A DNA stretch of 32,000 nucleotides from Cupriavidus necator (GTDB lineage Bacteria; Pseudomonadota; Gammaproteobacteria; Burkholderiales; Burkholderiaceae): the NCBI RefSeq assembly GCF_016127575.1, contig NZ_CP066018.1, positions 750,001 through 782,000 of the forward strand. The letters run 5' to 3'. The number at the start of each line of letters is the position of its first letter. Position 1 is the first letter of the stretch. Positions 1-10,985 of the stretch are shown here, piece after piece. The translations under genes and the position numbers were made by a program. The notes under the pieces were generated by a model that worked only from the letters and a program-made list of their open reading frames with translations, did not search any database and was not told where the DNA came from.

Positions 1-497
1 GTGCCCAGCGGCATCGTGCAAGGCACCCCGCCCGAAGCCGCCCCCATGCAGTTGGCACCGAAGTTGTCGCCGCCGTTGGTGCCGTAGCTGGTCGGTGCAA
101 TCAGGTTGCCGTCGGGCATGTACATGCGATAGCCCAGTCCCGGCATGGCGGTGGCAAAGGTCTGCTGCGAGATCGAAGTCGCCACCAGCGGCGTCTGCGG
201 CGTGTAGTTCAGGGCCCAGCCATTGGTAGATGGATGCCGCAGTCCGGTGTCGTCGCACGTCACCGTTACGGTAATGGTGGCGCTGGAGATCACCTGGCCG
301 ATGCCGGTGGTCTTGCTGATGCTCACCGTGGCCGGCAGGAACGGCGAGGTCACGGTGGTTCCCATGCAGGCAGCATGCGCCTGGGCGTATGCCAGGCACA
401 TGAGTGCCGCACAGGCAAGCACCGAAGGCACGCGCCTGATGCACGCGGTGGCATGAACCAGCCAGCGTCGTGGCGATGTAGTGATTTCGTTTTCCAT
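1..497 (-). CDS. N-terminal part of a secreted fimbrial/adhesin-like protein; the gene runs off the left edge of the window
   Basis: The reverse-strand frame is open from ATG (complement 495..497; alternative in-frame ATG at complement 504..506) to position 1. It is absent from the ORF track, presumably because it has no stop inside the window. My hand translation: MENEITTSPRRWLVHATACIRRVPSVLACAALMCLAYAQAHA/ACMGTTVTSPFLPATVSISKTTGIGQVISSATITVTVTCDD...PGLGYRMYMPDGNLIAP... It has a Sec-type signal peptide, strong G/C third-position bias and a Thr/Ser/Gly-rich beta-type sequence. The family call is weak. Confidence 0.45.
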   Translation of the reverse strand, partial: MENEITTSPRRWLVHATACIRRVPSVLACAALMCLAYAQAHAACMGTTVTSPFLPATVSISKTTGIGQVISSATITVTVTCDDTGLRHPSTNGWALNYTPQTPLVATSISQQTFATAMPGLGYRMYMPDGNLIAPTSYGTNGGDNFGANCMGAASGGVPCTMPLG

Positions 498-669
498 GGC
501 AGCCATGCTAGGAGGTGGGTTGATCCGGGATTTGCCCGCGGGTTCAATAGGCGGCGATTAGAAATGTAGCCAGCGCCTTCCGCTCCACAAATAGGGCAAG
601 CCTTAGATCAGGGTGAGAGTTTTCTGCGCTCGTGCATGGCAAGGCGCGAGCGTCGCGCTGCCCGGAACG

Positions 670-701
670 AAAAAACCCCCGCGGGCTCGCACCCGCGGGG
701 G
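670..701 (-). terminator. Rho-independent terminator of groEL
   Basis: CCCCCGCGGG (676..685), loop ctcgca, CCCGCGGGGG (692..701): a perfect 10-bp GC stem. On the minus strand it is followed by TTTTTT (complement of 670..675). It lies 46 nt downstream of the groEL stop. Confidence 0.85.
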
Positions 702-746
702 TTCTTCAAGACAGCCTGCCCGTAAGGGCAGTCGGTCGGCGATGAA

Positions 747-2727
<1,981 letters not shown>

Positions 2728-2821
2728 ACGGACTCCTAGATACAAAGTGAGTTTTTGATCACAAATCGGCCGGCTACCGAGGCGACGGCCGTCAGAAATG
2801 TTCAGGTGTCGCAGGAGGCTG

Positions 2822-2848
2822 TTAGCACTCACCCCTGACGAGTGCTAA
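2822..2848 (-). promoter_or_regulatory. CIRCE operator (HrcA binding site) of groESL
   Basis: TTAGCACTC-acccctgac-GAGTGCTAA is an exact match to the CIRCE consensus TTAGCACTC-N9-GAGTGCTAA. It lies about 95 nt upstream of the groES start. Confidence 0.9.
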
Positions 2849-2877
2849 TTATAGGGACGGGGTAGGGGCATTTCAAG
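2848..2877 (-). promoter_or_regulatory. groESL promoter (near-consensus sigma70; the -35 also fits sigma32)
   Basis: Minus strand reads cTTGAAA (complement 2871..2877), 17 nt spacer, TATAAT (complement 2848..2853). The -10 abuts or overlaps the first base of CIRCE. CTTGAAA equals the RpoH -35 consensus. Confidence 0.7.
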
Positions 2878-3125
2878 ACGCGGGTGTGATGCGGGTTTTC
2901 CCGAGGAGCGGTTGATGCCTTGCGCGGCATGGGCTCCCGGCCGGCAACGACCCGCCTGTAGGAATAATCCCGGCACCCATTCGGGCGTGTGCCTGACAGC
3001 GCAACGTGGTGCCGCTACCTAGACTGGGCTTGTCGCCGCGCGCCCGTCTTGGCCGGATGTACGGCGTACGCCGCGCCGAGCGCTTCCGTTGCCGGCGCCT
3101 CCGACAGCGACTCTGGAGGTATTCC

Positions 3126-3545
3126 ATGGATACGAAACAGCCTGCTCGCCTTACCCGAATCGCCAGCGTGATTGCCGCAGGCCTGGCTGGCCTCAGCTGC
3201 GCTGCGGCCATTGCCCAGACAACCGCCACCCCCGCTACCCCGGCCACGCCGGCAACCCCTGCTGCCCAGGGCATGCCCGCGACCCCGGCGATGCCGGCAA
3301 CCTCTGCCACGCCGGCAGGCGGCCAGGGCGTGCCGCCCGGCATGACCCAGATCGAGCCGCCGAAGGACCCGCTGGTGGAACGCCGCGAGGCGCGCCAGAA
3401 GGCCGCCGCCGAGTACAAGGCCAAGAAGAAGGCGGCCAAGGGTGAGTACAAGGAAGAAGTCGGCGCTGCCAAGCAGGAGCGCAAAGTAGAGAACAAGGCA
3501 GCCGATGCAACGGCCAAGCAGGAAATGGCCGCACCAAAGCAATAG
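3126..3545 (+). CDS. Small secreted protein with a Pro/Thr/Ala repeat and a Lys/Glu/Ala-rich C-terminal half; no family recognised
   Basis: Track ORF 3006..3545 trimmed to ATG 3126, which is preceded by GGAGG (3116..3120). Signal peptide MDTKQPARLTRIASVIAAGLAGLSCAAAIAQ, then TTATPATPATPATPAAQGMPATPAMPATSATPAGG, then EARQKAAAEYKAKKKAAKGEYKEEVGAAKQERKVENKAADATAKQE. Confidence 0.7.
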   Translation: MDTKQPARLTRIASVIAAGLAGLSCAAAIAQTTATPATPATPATPAAQGMPATPAMPATSATPAGGQGVPPGMTQIEPPKDPLVERREARQKAAAEYKAKKKAAKGEYKEEVGAAKQERKVENKAADATAKQEMAAPKQ

Positions 3546-3564
3546 CGCCAGCCTTTGCGAGACG

Positions 3565-3598
3565 GGTGGCCGGGATCAGCCGGCCACCTTCTTCTTGC
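3565..3598 (+). terminator. Probable rho-independent terminator
   Basis: GGTGGCCGG (3565..3573), loop gatcag, CCGGCCACC (3580..3588), followed by TTCTTCTT. It starts 20 nt after the stop at 3545. Confidence 0.6.
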
Positions 3599-3691
3599 CA
3601 GACATACCCCTCCCGTTTGCCCTTCGGCAGCATCCGGACCCTGGCGGCTTGCAAGAGGCAGGATCGCGCCTAGACTCGATACGAGCGAGTC

Positions 3692-5266
3692 GTGCGCCTT
3701 TCTGCCCGGCTTGCCATCTGCGCCATGTCCGCTGCCCACCCACGCCACTGGTTCGCAGGCCTTCTCCTGTCCGGCCTGGTGGGCGCACTCAGCCTGTGCA
3801 GCACGTTTGCCGTAGCGCAGCAGAAGCCGGCGCCGGCGTCCGCGCCCGTTGCGGCCCCCGCGGCGAAAGCCGCAACCGGCAAGGCAGATGTCGCCAGGCC
3901 GCGCGGCCTCAACCTGGCCAACAAGCCGCGCATGGGCGACTTCGATGTGATGGTCAACAGTCGCGTCATCCGCGTGCTGGTGCCTTACAGCCGCACCCTC
4001 TACTTCAGCGACAAAGGCCACGAGCGCGGAATTACCGCAGAACTGGTGCGGGAATTCGAGCGCTACCTGAACAAGACCTACGCCAGTCGACTGGGCAAGC
4101 GCCCGCTCACCATCATCATCATCCCCACCACGCGCGACCGGCTGCTGCCCGACCTGGCGGCGGGCCTGGGCGATATCGCCGCCGGCAACCTGACCGAGAC
4201 CGAGGCCCGGCTGAAGATGGTCGACTTTGCCGCGCCGCGCGACCGCAAGCCAGTGCGCGAGCTGATCGTGACCGGCCCCAAGTCGCCGGCGCTGAAGAGC
4301 CTGGACGACCTGGCGGGCAAGACCGTCCACGTGCGCCGCGCGAGCAGCTACTACGACAGCCTGACTGCACTGAACAACCGCCTGCGCCAGTCCGGCAAGG
4401 CGCCGATGAAGCTGGTGCTGCTGCCCGATGCCCTTGAAGACGAGGACGTGCTCGAGATGCTGAACGCGGGCCTGCTGGAGATCGTCGTGGTCGACGACTG
4501 GAAGGCCGCAATGTGGGCGCAGATCCTGCCTGACATCAAGGTGCGCCAGGACCTGGCGGTGCGTGAAGGCGGCTATGTCGGCTGGGCCTTCCGCAAGGAC
4601 AGCCCGCAGTTGCGGCAGGTCATTGACGATTTCTATGTCAATTACGTCAAGAAGCAGGGCATGGCGGAATACCTGATCAAGCAATCCATGCGCCGGGTCA
4701 AGCAGATCAAGAACAACACCGAGGACGCCGAATACAAGCGCTTCCAGCAGACCGTTGCCTTCTTCGAGAAGTATGGCAAGGACCATGGCTTCGACCCGCT
4801 GATGCTGGCGGCACAGGGCTTCCAGGAGTCACAGCTCAACCAGCAGGCGCGCAGCCGCGTGGGCGCCGTCGGCATCATGCAGATCATGCCCGCCACCGGC
4901 AAGGAACTGAACGTGGGCAATATCCAGATGGTCGAGTCCAACATCCACGCCGGCGCCAAGTACATGGACCGGCTGATGACGAAGTACTTCCCCGACGCGC
5001 ATTTCTCGGAATCCAACCGGCCGCTGTTCGCCTTTGCCAGTTACAACGCCGGGCCCGGCAATATCGCCAAGATGCGCAAGGAGGCTGCGGCGCGCGGGCT
5101 GGATCCCGACAAGTGGTTCAACAATGTCGAGATCGTGGTGGCGGAGAAGATCGGCATCGAAACCACCACCTATGTGCGCAATATCTACAAGTACTACGCG
5201 GCCTACCGGCTCACGCAGGACCGGGAGGCCGCGCGTGAGCGGGCACTGAAGGAAGTCCGGAAGTAG
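3692..5266 (+). CDS. mltF: MltF-like membrane-bound lytic murein transglycosylase (SBP family 3 domain plus SLT domain)
   Basis: 524-aa ORF with an N-terminal signal sequence (...LLLSGLVGALSLCSTFAVA/QQ). The central region resembles a periplasmic solute-binding protein. C-terminal SLT motifs: GFQESQL (catalytic Glu-Ser), GIMQIMPATG, SYNAGPGN. The start is uncertain (GTG 3692 versus ATG 3725). Confidence 0.85.
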   Translation: MRLSARLAICAMSAAHPRHWFAGLLLSGLVGALSLCSTFAVAQQKPAPASAPVAAPAAKAATGKADVARPRGLNLANKPRMGDFDVMVNSRVIRVLVPYSRTLYFSDKGHERGITAELVREFERYLNKTYASRLGKRPLTIIIIPTTRDRLLPDLAAGLGDIAAGNLTETEARLKMVDFAAPRDRKPVRELIVTGPKSPALKSLDDLAGKTVHVRRASSYYDSLTALNNRLRQSGKAPMKLVLLPDALEDEDVLEMLNAGLLEIVVVDDWKAAMWAQILPDIKVRQDLAVREGGYVGWAFRKDSPQLRQVIDDFYVNYVKKQGMAEYLIKQSMRRVKQIKNNTEDAEYKRFQQTVAFFEKYGKDHGFDPLMLAAQGFQESQLNQQARSRVGAVGIMQIMPATGKELNVGNIQMVESNIHAGAKYMDRLMTKYFPDAHFSESNRPLFAFASYNAGPGNIAKMRKEAAARGLDPDKWFNNVEIVVAEKIGIETTTYVRNIYKYYAAYRLTQDREAARERALKEVRK

Positions 5267-5285
5267 CCCGGCCACGCCGCAAGGA

Positions 5286-5573
5286 TCAGTCGGCCAGTCC
5301 GCTGGCGTCGATATAGCCCAGTGCCTCGGTCACGGCGCGGCGCGCCTTGAGCACGTAGCAAACGCGGCGCTCCTGGATCGACAGCGCCAGCACATCGGCC
5401 TGCACCAGTTCCAGGAACACGTGGCCGGCGCGCGCCAGGCTCAGCCGTGCGACCTGCGCCAGGTCGGTGGCCGGCAGGCCCGCCTCGCCGGCCTCCAGCA
5501 GCGCCCGGCAGATCCGGATCCGCGCGGGCTCGGTCATCAGCGCAAGGGTCAGCGTACTTTCCTGGGTCTCCAT
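5286..5573 (-). CDS. Small ArsR/SmtB-like winged-helix transcriptional regulator
   Basis: Track ORF 5286..5771 trimmed to ATG (complement 5571..5573), preceded by a GAGGTG SD-like sequence. 95 aa: METQESTLTLALMTEPARIRICRALLEAGEAGLPATDLAQVARLSLARAGHVFLELVQADVLALSIQERRVCYVL... The untrimmed N-terminal extension is Cys/Arg-rich and not protein-like. Confidence 0.65.
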   Translation of the reverse strand: METQESTLTLALMTEPARIRICRALLEAGEAGLPATDLAQVARLSLARAGHVFLELVQADVLALSIQERRVCYVLKARRAVTEALGYIDASGLAD

Positions 5574-5829
5574 GATCACACCTCGGTCTCCGGGCACGCC
5601 CCCGGTCCGCGAAACGCGGCGGCAGGGCGGTGCTGGCGTATTTTTTTCCGCGCTGTTCCTTGCGCGCAGTTTTTCCCGTTCTACGCGGCTCGCCGCGCAA
5701 ACGCAATAGGGTGGAGCCACGGCCCGGCAAAGACTGGTGCGATTACAACAAATAGCGCGTGCCAGCCGCATTCGGGGGATGCGCGATGCGGCTGCACCTC
5801 CCCTTCGGCGGCCGGCTGCGGTCAGACCA

Positions 5830-8088
5830 TCAAGCCATCACAAACGGCAATTGCCGCTGGCGCTTGCCCGTCAGCGTGAACAGCGCGTTCGCCACTGCCG
5901 GCGCGATCGGCGGCACGCCCGGCTCGCCCAGGCCGGTGGGGTTCTCCTGCGAGGGCACGAAGAACACGTCCACCACCGGCGCATCGGTGATGCGCGGCGG
6001 CGGATAGTCCGGGAAGTTGCTGTTCTTCACGGCGCCGTTCTCGATCTCGATGGCAAACCCCGGCTTGGTCATGGCCAGCCCAAAGATGCAGGCACCCTGG
6101 ATCTGGGCCTCGGCGGACATCGGGTTGACCACGCGGTTGGCATGCACGCCGGCGGTGACGCGGTGCACGCGCGGCTCGCCCTTCACCACCGAGACGTCGA
6201 CCACGTAGGCCACCACGGTGTTGAACGACTCGTGCACGGCCACGCCCCAGGCATGGCCCTTGGACAGCTTGCGCTTGCCATAGCCGGACTTGTCCACCGC
6301 CAGCTGCAGCGCGGCGCGGTGGCGCGCGTGCTTCTTCTCGTCGAGCCGGGCCAGGCGGAATGCCACGGGGTCCTGCTTCGAGGCTGCGGCCATTTCATCG
6401 GCCAGCGTTTCCTTGACGAAGGCGGTATGCGTATTGCCCACCGAGCGCCACCACAGCACCGGCACGTCCACCTGCGGATGGTGCACCGACATCTGCAGCG
6501 GCAGGTCATAGTCATTCTCGACGATGCCTTCGGTCATGGTGGCGTCGACGCCGTTCTTGACCATGAAGGGCTCGAACGGCGTGCCCTTCAGGATCGACTG
6601 ACCGACGATGGTGTGCTGCCAGCCCACCACCTTGCCCTGCGCATCCAGCCCGATGCGGGCGCGGTGCAGGTGCAGCGGTCGGTAGTAGCCGCCGCGGATA
6701 TCGTCCTCGCGGCTCCACACCACCTTGAGCGGCTCGGTGTGGCCGGCGGCTACCCAGGCCTTGAGCACGTTGGCCGCTTCCACGATGTAGTCCGAGGTCG
6801 GCACCGCGCGCCGGCCGAAGCCGCCGCCGGCCATCATGGTGTTGAGCACCACCTTGTCCGGCGCCAGCCCCAGCGTGCGCGCCACCGCGGCCTGGTCGAC
6901 GGTCTGGAACTGCGAGCCCACCCAGACCTTGACCGACTGCACCTTGCCGCCGGCCACTTCCGGCTGCAGCGTGCAGTTCAGCGGCTCCATCGGCGCGTGC
7001 GCCAGGTACGGGAAGCGGAAGTCGGCCTCGATCTTGCGCGCGGCACCGTTGATGGCCGAGCCGATATCCCCGCTCCCCGCGCGCGCCACCGTGCCGGGCT
7101 GGCCGGCCAGCCTTGCGTATTCGTCGAAGAGCGCCTGCGACGACACCTTCGAGCCCGCGTCTTCCCACTGGATCTCGAGCGCATCGCGGCCCATCTTGGC
7201 CGGCCAGTAGCCGCTGGCAATCACCGCCACGCCACTGCCGCCGCGGTCGACCGGCACCTGCAGCACGCCGCGCACGCCCTGCACCGCGCGCGCCTTGTCG
7301 GCGCTGAAGCTCTTGACCTTGCCGCCAAAGCGCGGCGGGCGCGCTACCACGGCCACCACCATGCCCTTCAGGTGCGTGTCGATGCCGAACGGCGTGGTCG
7401 CGTCCATCTTGCCGCGCGCATCCAGCCGCGGCGTGGGCTTGCCGACGATACGGAACTGCGACGGGTCTTTCAGCGTAACCCGCTGCGGCACGGGCAGCTC
7501 CATCGCCGCCGGCGCCAGTTCGCCGAAGGTGGCCCGGTGGCTGCCGGACGTGACCACGCCCTGCTCCACCTTGCAGCTGGCCGGATCGACCTTCCATTGC
7601 TGCGCGGCAGCCGCCACCAGCATGGCGCGGGCGCGCGCGCCCAGTTCGCGGTACTGCTGGAACGAGTGGTTCAGCGCGGTGGAGCCGCCGGTCATCTGCA
7701 TGCCGAAGCCAGGGTCCTTGTACGGATCGCCGGCCGGCGCCAGCGTGGCGCGCACGTTGCGCCAGTCGGCGTCCAGCTCTTCGGCCAGCGCCATCGGCAA
7801 CGCGGTGTGCACGCCCTGGCCGAATTCGAGCCGGTTCACGGCCACAGTCACGGTGTTGTCCGGCGCGATGATCAGGAATGCCTGCGGCGCCGGCGGCGGC
7901 GCCTTGGGCTTGGCGCCCTCCTGTGCCTGCACCAGCGGGGCCACGCCCAGCGCCAGGCCGCCGCCGGCGAGGCCGGTCAGCTTCAGGAAACTGCGGCGGT
8001 CCAGCGTGGCCACGCCGGTGTTCGGACGCGCTTCGCCGCTATTGCCGGCCTGGCCGCCTGCCAGGGCTTCGATGCCTCGGATACGCAT
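5830..8088 (-). CDS. Molybdopterin-binding subunit of an aldehyde oxidase/xanthine dehydrogenase-family oxidoreductase (IorB / membrane-bound aldehyde dehydrogenase large-subunit type), Tat-exported
   Basis: Track ORF trimmed to ATG (complement 8086..8088), with GGAGG 8 nt upstream (complement 8097..8101). Twin-arginine signal [20 protein letters not shown]. About 750 aa, typical of IorB-like proteins. Follows the 2Fe-2S subunit gene with a 16-nt gap. Confidence 0.9.
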   Translation of the reverse strand: MRIRGIEALAGGQAGNSGEARPNTGVATLDRRSFLKLTGLAGGGLALGVAPLVQAQEGAKPKAPPPAPQAFLIIAPDNTVTVAVNRLEFGQGVHTALPMALAEELDADWRNVRATLAPAGDPYKDPGFGMQMTGGSTALNHSFQQYRELGARARAMLVAAAAQQWKVDPASCKVEQGVVTSGSHRATFGELAPAAMELPVPQRVTLKDPSQFRIVGKPTPRLDARGKMDATTPFGIDTHLKGMVVAVVARPPRFGGKVKSFSADKARAVQGVRGVLQVPVDRGGSGVAVIASGYWPAKMGRDALEIQWEDAGSKVSSQALFDEYARLAGQPGTVARAGSGDIGSAINGAARKIEADFRFPYLAHAPMEPLNCTLQPEVAGGKVQSVKVWVGSQFQTVDQAAVARTLGLAPDKVVLNTMMAGGGFGRRAVPTSDYIVEAANVLKAWVAAGHTEPLKVVWSREDDIRGGYYRPLHLHRARIGLDAQGKVVGWQHTIVGQSILKGTPFEPFMVKNGVDATMTEGIVENDYDLPLQMSVHHPQVDVPVLWWRSVGNTHTAFVKETLADEMAAASKQDPVAFRLARLDEKKHARHRAALQLAVDKSGYGKRKLSKGHAWGVAVHESFNTVVAYVVDVSVVKGEPRVHRVTAGVHANRVVNPMSAEAQIQGACIFGLAMTKPGFAIEIENGAVKNSNFPDYPPPRITDAPVVDVFFVPSQENPTGLGEPGVPPIAPAVANALFTLTGKRQRQLPFVMA

Positions 8089-8104
8089 ATTGGTTTCCTC
8101 CCGC

Positions 8105-8569
8105 TCAGGCCAGCGCACGGGCGGCGTCTTTGATCGCCGCGCGGATGCGCTGGTACGTGCCGCAGCGGCACAGGTTGCCGGCCATGGCCTGGTCGATGTC
8201 GGCGTCGGTGGGCCGCGGCTTGGTGCGCAGCAGGCCGATGGCGCTCATCACCTGGCCGTTCTGGCAGTAGCCGCATTGCGCCACGTCGTGCTTGAGCCAG
8301 GCGTCCATCACGGCGCGCCCGACCTTGTCAGTGCCGATGCCTTCGATGGTGGTGATGCGCGCGCCGGCAGCCGCGGATACCGGCGTCACGCAGCTGCGCG
8401 TAGCCTGGCCGTTGACGTGCACGGTGCAGGCACCGCATGCGGCCATGCCGCAGCCGAACTTGGTGCCGGTCATTTCAAGGTTGTCACGCAGCGCCCACAG
8501 CAGCGGCGTGGACGGGTCCACGTCGACTTCACGGGTCTTGCCGTTGACGTTGATATTGAGGGTGGTCAT
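8105..8569 (-). CDS. (2Fe-2S)-binding small subunit of the molybdo-hydroxylase (IorA-like)
   Basis: Track ORF trimmed to ATG (complement 8567..8569). 154 aa: [54 protein letters not shown]... Both cluster motifs are present (CGMAACGAC and QCGYCQNG...CRCGTY). Confidence 0.92.
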   Translation of the reverse strand: MTTLNINVNGKTREVDVDPSTPLLWALRDNLEMTGTKFGCGMAACGACTVHVNGQATRSCVTPVSAAAGARITTIEGIGTDKVGRAVMDAWLKHDVAQCGYCQNGQVMSAIGLLRTKPRPTDADIDQAMAGNLCRCGTYQRIRAAIKDAARALA

Positions 8570-8720
8570 GGGGGGACACTCCTTGGGTACGTTGCCCGCT
8601 GGTTCTTTCCAGTGCCCCCGCCGGGCGCAATCGTGCGGCGCGCGGGCACTGCCCATGCGCCGCAGCCTGGCGCAAAGGACAAATGAGGATAGTGCAATTT
8701 CGGTCACCTTGCCGGACACC

Positions 8721-9989
8721 ATGCGCACTACCCTGCCCCCGAAGCCGTTTTGCACGAACTTTGGGCATGTGGCGGCTGTCCCTCATGAATCCCTTCGCTT
8801 TCCGATTTCTGCCGCCGCAACAGTGCCATCGACTGTTCCAGAACACACTTATTCCGGCGCCTCCGCGGCACCGGTCCCGCACGCCACCGCTGCCACGCGC
8901 GTGCCGGCGGCCCAGTCCCCGTCAGTGGCGCGGCTCGACAGCATCCAGGCCCTGCGCGGGCTGGCCGCCGCGTTCGTGGTGGTCTACCACTCCGGCCTGG
9001 CGCTGGGCGGCGCCGATGCGCCGGCGCTCAACTGGCTGACCGACAACGTGATCAAGCGCGGCCATGTCGGCGTGGACGTCTTCTTTGTCATCAGCGGCTT
9101 CATCATCGCCTGGGTCGCGGTGCTGGCGCGGCCCCAGCCCGAGCGCCCGCTCAGCTTCATGATCCGGCGCTGCTGCCGGCTGGCGCCGCCGTACTGGACC
9201 ATGTCGGCCATCCATGCGCTGCTGCTCAATCCGGTCACGCCGGCGGTGTTCGCGGCGTCGCTGGCCTTCCTGCCGACTGCCACCGGCCACGCGCCGTACT
9301 ATGGCTACCCGGCGCTGTACGTGGGCTGGTCGCTCAACTATGAGCTGGCGTTCTATGCCGCCTTCGCGCTCGGCCTGCTGCTGGCCGGGCGGCGCGCGCT
9401 GCTGGTGGTGCTGGGGGTCTTCGCGTTGGCCACGCTGGTGCTGCCGTGGTGGCGCTTCGGCGCGCTGGCGGCAGATCCGACGCAGGGCTACCCGTTCGCC
9501 ACGCCGTGGCTGGCCATGGCCAGCAATCCGCTGGTGCTGGAATTCCTGCTGGGCTGCGGACTGGCGTGGGCCTACGCGCGCTGGCGCCACCTGCTGACGC
9601 CGGCCATCGCGGTGGGCATGCTGGCAACCGGTTGCGCGGCGTTCGCGCTGTCGCTGCCGCTGGTCGGGCCCGACTTCAGCCTGGCCGGACGCGGGCTGCC
9701 CGCGGCGGCGCTACTGGCCGGCGCCGTGGCGGCCGAGCACGCCGGCGTGCTGCGCGTGCCGCGCGTACTGGTCTGGCTGGGCGAACTGTCGTATGCGCTG
9801 TACCTGACGCACCCCACCGTGATCGAGGGCGTCAAGCGCCTGATGCCCGAACTGGCGCCCGGCCAGACCGCGCTGCAACTGCTGCGCTTTGCCATCGATG
9901 CCGGCCTGGCGCTGGCGCTGGCGCTACTGCTGCACCGCTGGGTGGAGCTGCCCGGCATCGCCGCCGGCCGGCGGCTGGCGCGGCGCTGA
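8721..9989 (+). CDS. Acyltransferase family 3 (OafA/YrhL-like) integral membrane protein
   Basis: Frame of track ORF 8292..9989. Family signature ...LDSIQALRGLAAAFVVVYHSGLA...HVGVDVFFVISGFII..., followed by many hydrophobic segments. Anything upstream of 8570 overlaps iorA. In-frame start candidates are ATG 8721, GTG 8769 and GTG 8925; the start is uncertain. Confidence 0.8.
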   Translation: MRTTLPPKPFCTNFGHVAAVPHESLRFPISAAATVPSTVPEHTYSGASAAPVPHATAATRVPAAQSPSVARLDSIQALRGLAAAFVVVYHSGLALGGADAPALNWLTDNVIKRGHVGVDVFFVISGFIIAWVAVLARPQPERPLSFMIRRCCRLAPPYWTMSAIHALLLNPVTPAVFAASLAFLPTATGHAPYYGYPALYVGWSLNYELAFYAAFALGLLLAGRRALLVVLGVFALATLVLPWWRFGALAADPTQGYPFATPWLAMASNPLVLEFLLGCGLAWAYARWRHLLTPAIAVGMLATGCAAFALSLPLVGPDFSLAGRGLPAAALLAGAVAAEHAGVLRVPRVLVWLGELSYALYLTHPTVIEGVKRLMPELAPGQTALQLLRFAIDAGLALALALLLHRWVELPGIAAGRRLARR

Positions 9990-9998
9990 CGCGCGCGC

Positions 9999-10886
9999 TC
10001 AGCGCTGCGGCATGCCGGCCAGGAACAGATAGAGCGCGGTCAGGTCGGTATCGTTCATGCGTCCGAACGAATCGAACGGCATCACGCGGCTTACTTCGGT
10101 GCCATCTGGGCGCTTGCCGCTGCGCATCATCGCGATAAAGGCCGAAGCCTGGCCGTAGCGCGACATGGCGCCGCCCGGCACGGGGCGCAGGTCCGCCGCG
10201 GGCGGCCAGTCGGGCGGCGCGCCCGGGATCTTGCCGCCGCGGAAGTCCGGCCCGTGACATCCCAGGCACGCATTGGCGACGTAGCCGCCGTACCTGGCCG
10301 TGGGCGCCGGCACCATTGCAGGCTGCACCGGCAAGCTGTGGTCGATCTTGGCGGCCGCGTCCTGCACGATGCCCACGCCGTACAGCGCCCGCACCAGCCA
10401 TGGCATGCGGATTTCCGCGGGCGCCCCCATCGCCGGCGGCAGGCTGCGCAGGTAGCCCACCAGCGCGCCCAGGTCCTCGTCGCTCAGGCGGTTGTAGTCC
10501 TCGCTGGGCATGATCAGCAGCGGCCGGTGCGAGGGCGCCACGCCATGGCGGATGCTCCGTACCCAGTCAACCGGCTGGTAGGCGGCAATGTCCGGATTGG
10601 CGCGCGTCAGGTCCGGCGCGCGCACGCGCAGGCCGCCGGGGTCGTCGATCACCTGCTTGCCGCCGCCGCCGGCACCGTGGCATTCCATGCAGCCGCGCGA
10701 TTCAAACAAGTACTTGCCGAGCGCGATGCCGGCGGCATCTTCACGGATGGCGATGGGTGAAACCTTGACCTCGACAATGCGCGACGCCTTGCGCTCGCCG
10801 ACCCATACCGCGGCATAGGCCCCCACGGCCACGGCGACAGCCGTGCCGGCCAGCCCCCATGCCGCCACCCGCAGAAATCGCGCCAT
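9999..10886 (-). CDS. Membrane-anchored dihaem c-type cytochrome
   Basis: 295 aa. N-terminal TM helix (VAAWGLAGTAVAVAVGAYAAVWV) and two CxxCH haem motifs (CMECH, CLGCH). SD-like GGGGAAGG upstream of the ATG. Confidence 0.85.
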   Translation of the reverse strand: MARFLRVAAWGLAGTAVAVAVGAYAAVWVGERKASRIVEVKVSPIAIREDAAGIALGKYLFESRGCMECHGAGGGGKQVIDDPGGLRVRAPDLTRANPDIAAYQPVDWVRSIRHGVAPSHRPLLIMPSEDYNRLSDEDLGALVGYLRSLPPAMGAPAEIRMPWLVRALYGVGIVQDAAAKIDHSLPVQPAMVPAPTARYGGYVANACLGCHGPDFRGGKIPGAPPDWPPAADLRPVPGGAMSRYGQASAFIAMMRSGKRPDGTEVSRVMPFDSFGRMNDTDLTALYLFLAGMPQR

Positions 10887-10985
10887 TTGCCTTCCCCTGT
10901 CTGCCGCACTGGATGCAGCAGCTTGCCGCCAGTGGGCGGGGGGCTGTCGGTGGGGCAGGCCACATAGCGGCGGCGCGCGCCTCGG

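Noticed and set aside
2728-2832. 35-codon N-terminal extension of the groES ORF
   Set aside because: It would place the CIRCE operator and the 5' UTR inside the coding sequence. GroES homologues start at MNLRPLHDR.
3227-3310. ATPATP-encoding DNA as a tandem repeat or VNTR feature
   Set aside because: The nucleotide units are degenerate, with different codons for each Ala/Thr/Pro. I treat it as a low-complexity coding region rather than a discrete DNA repeat.
2873-4786. 637-aa minus-strand ORF spanning the groES-upstream region, the small secreted protein gene and half of the mltF-like gene
   Set aside because: It is antisense to two well-supported plus-strand genes and crosses intergenic DNA. 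The translation is Arg/Ala/Gly/His-rich with no domain pattern. This is a typical high-GC shadow ORF.
5763-5794. Hairpin CAGCCGCAT...ATGCGGCTG downstream of the iorB-like gene as an intrinsic terminator
   Set aside because: The loop is 14 nt and there is no convincing U-tract on the minus strand. It may still be structural, but I cannot support a terminator call.
5737-8133. 798-aa plus-strand ORF
   Set aside because: It is exactly antisense to the IorB-like gene, which has a Tat signal, an SD and family motifs. Its own translation is a low-complexity Arg/His/Gly-rich sequence.
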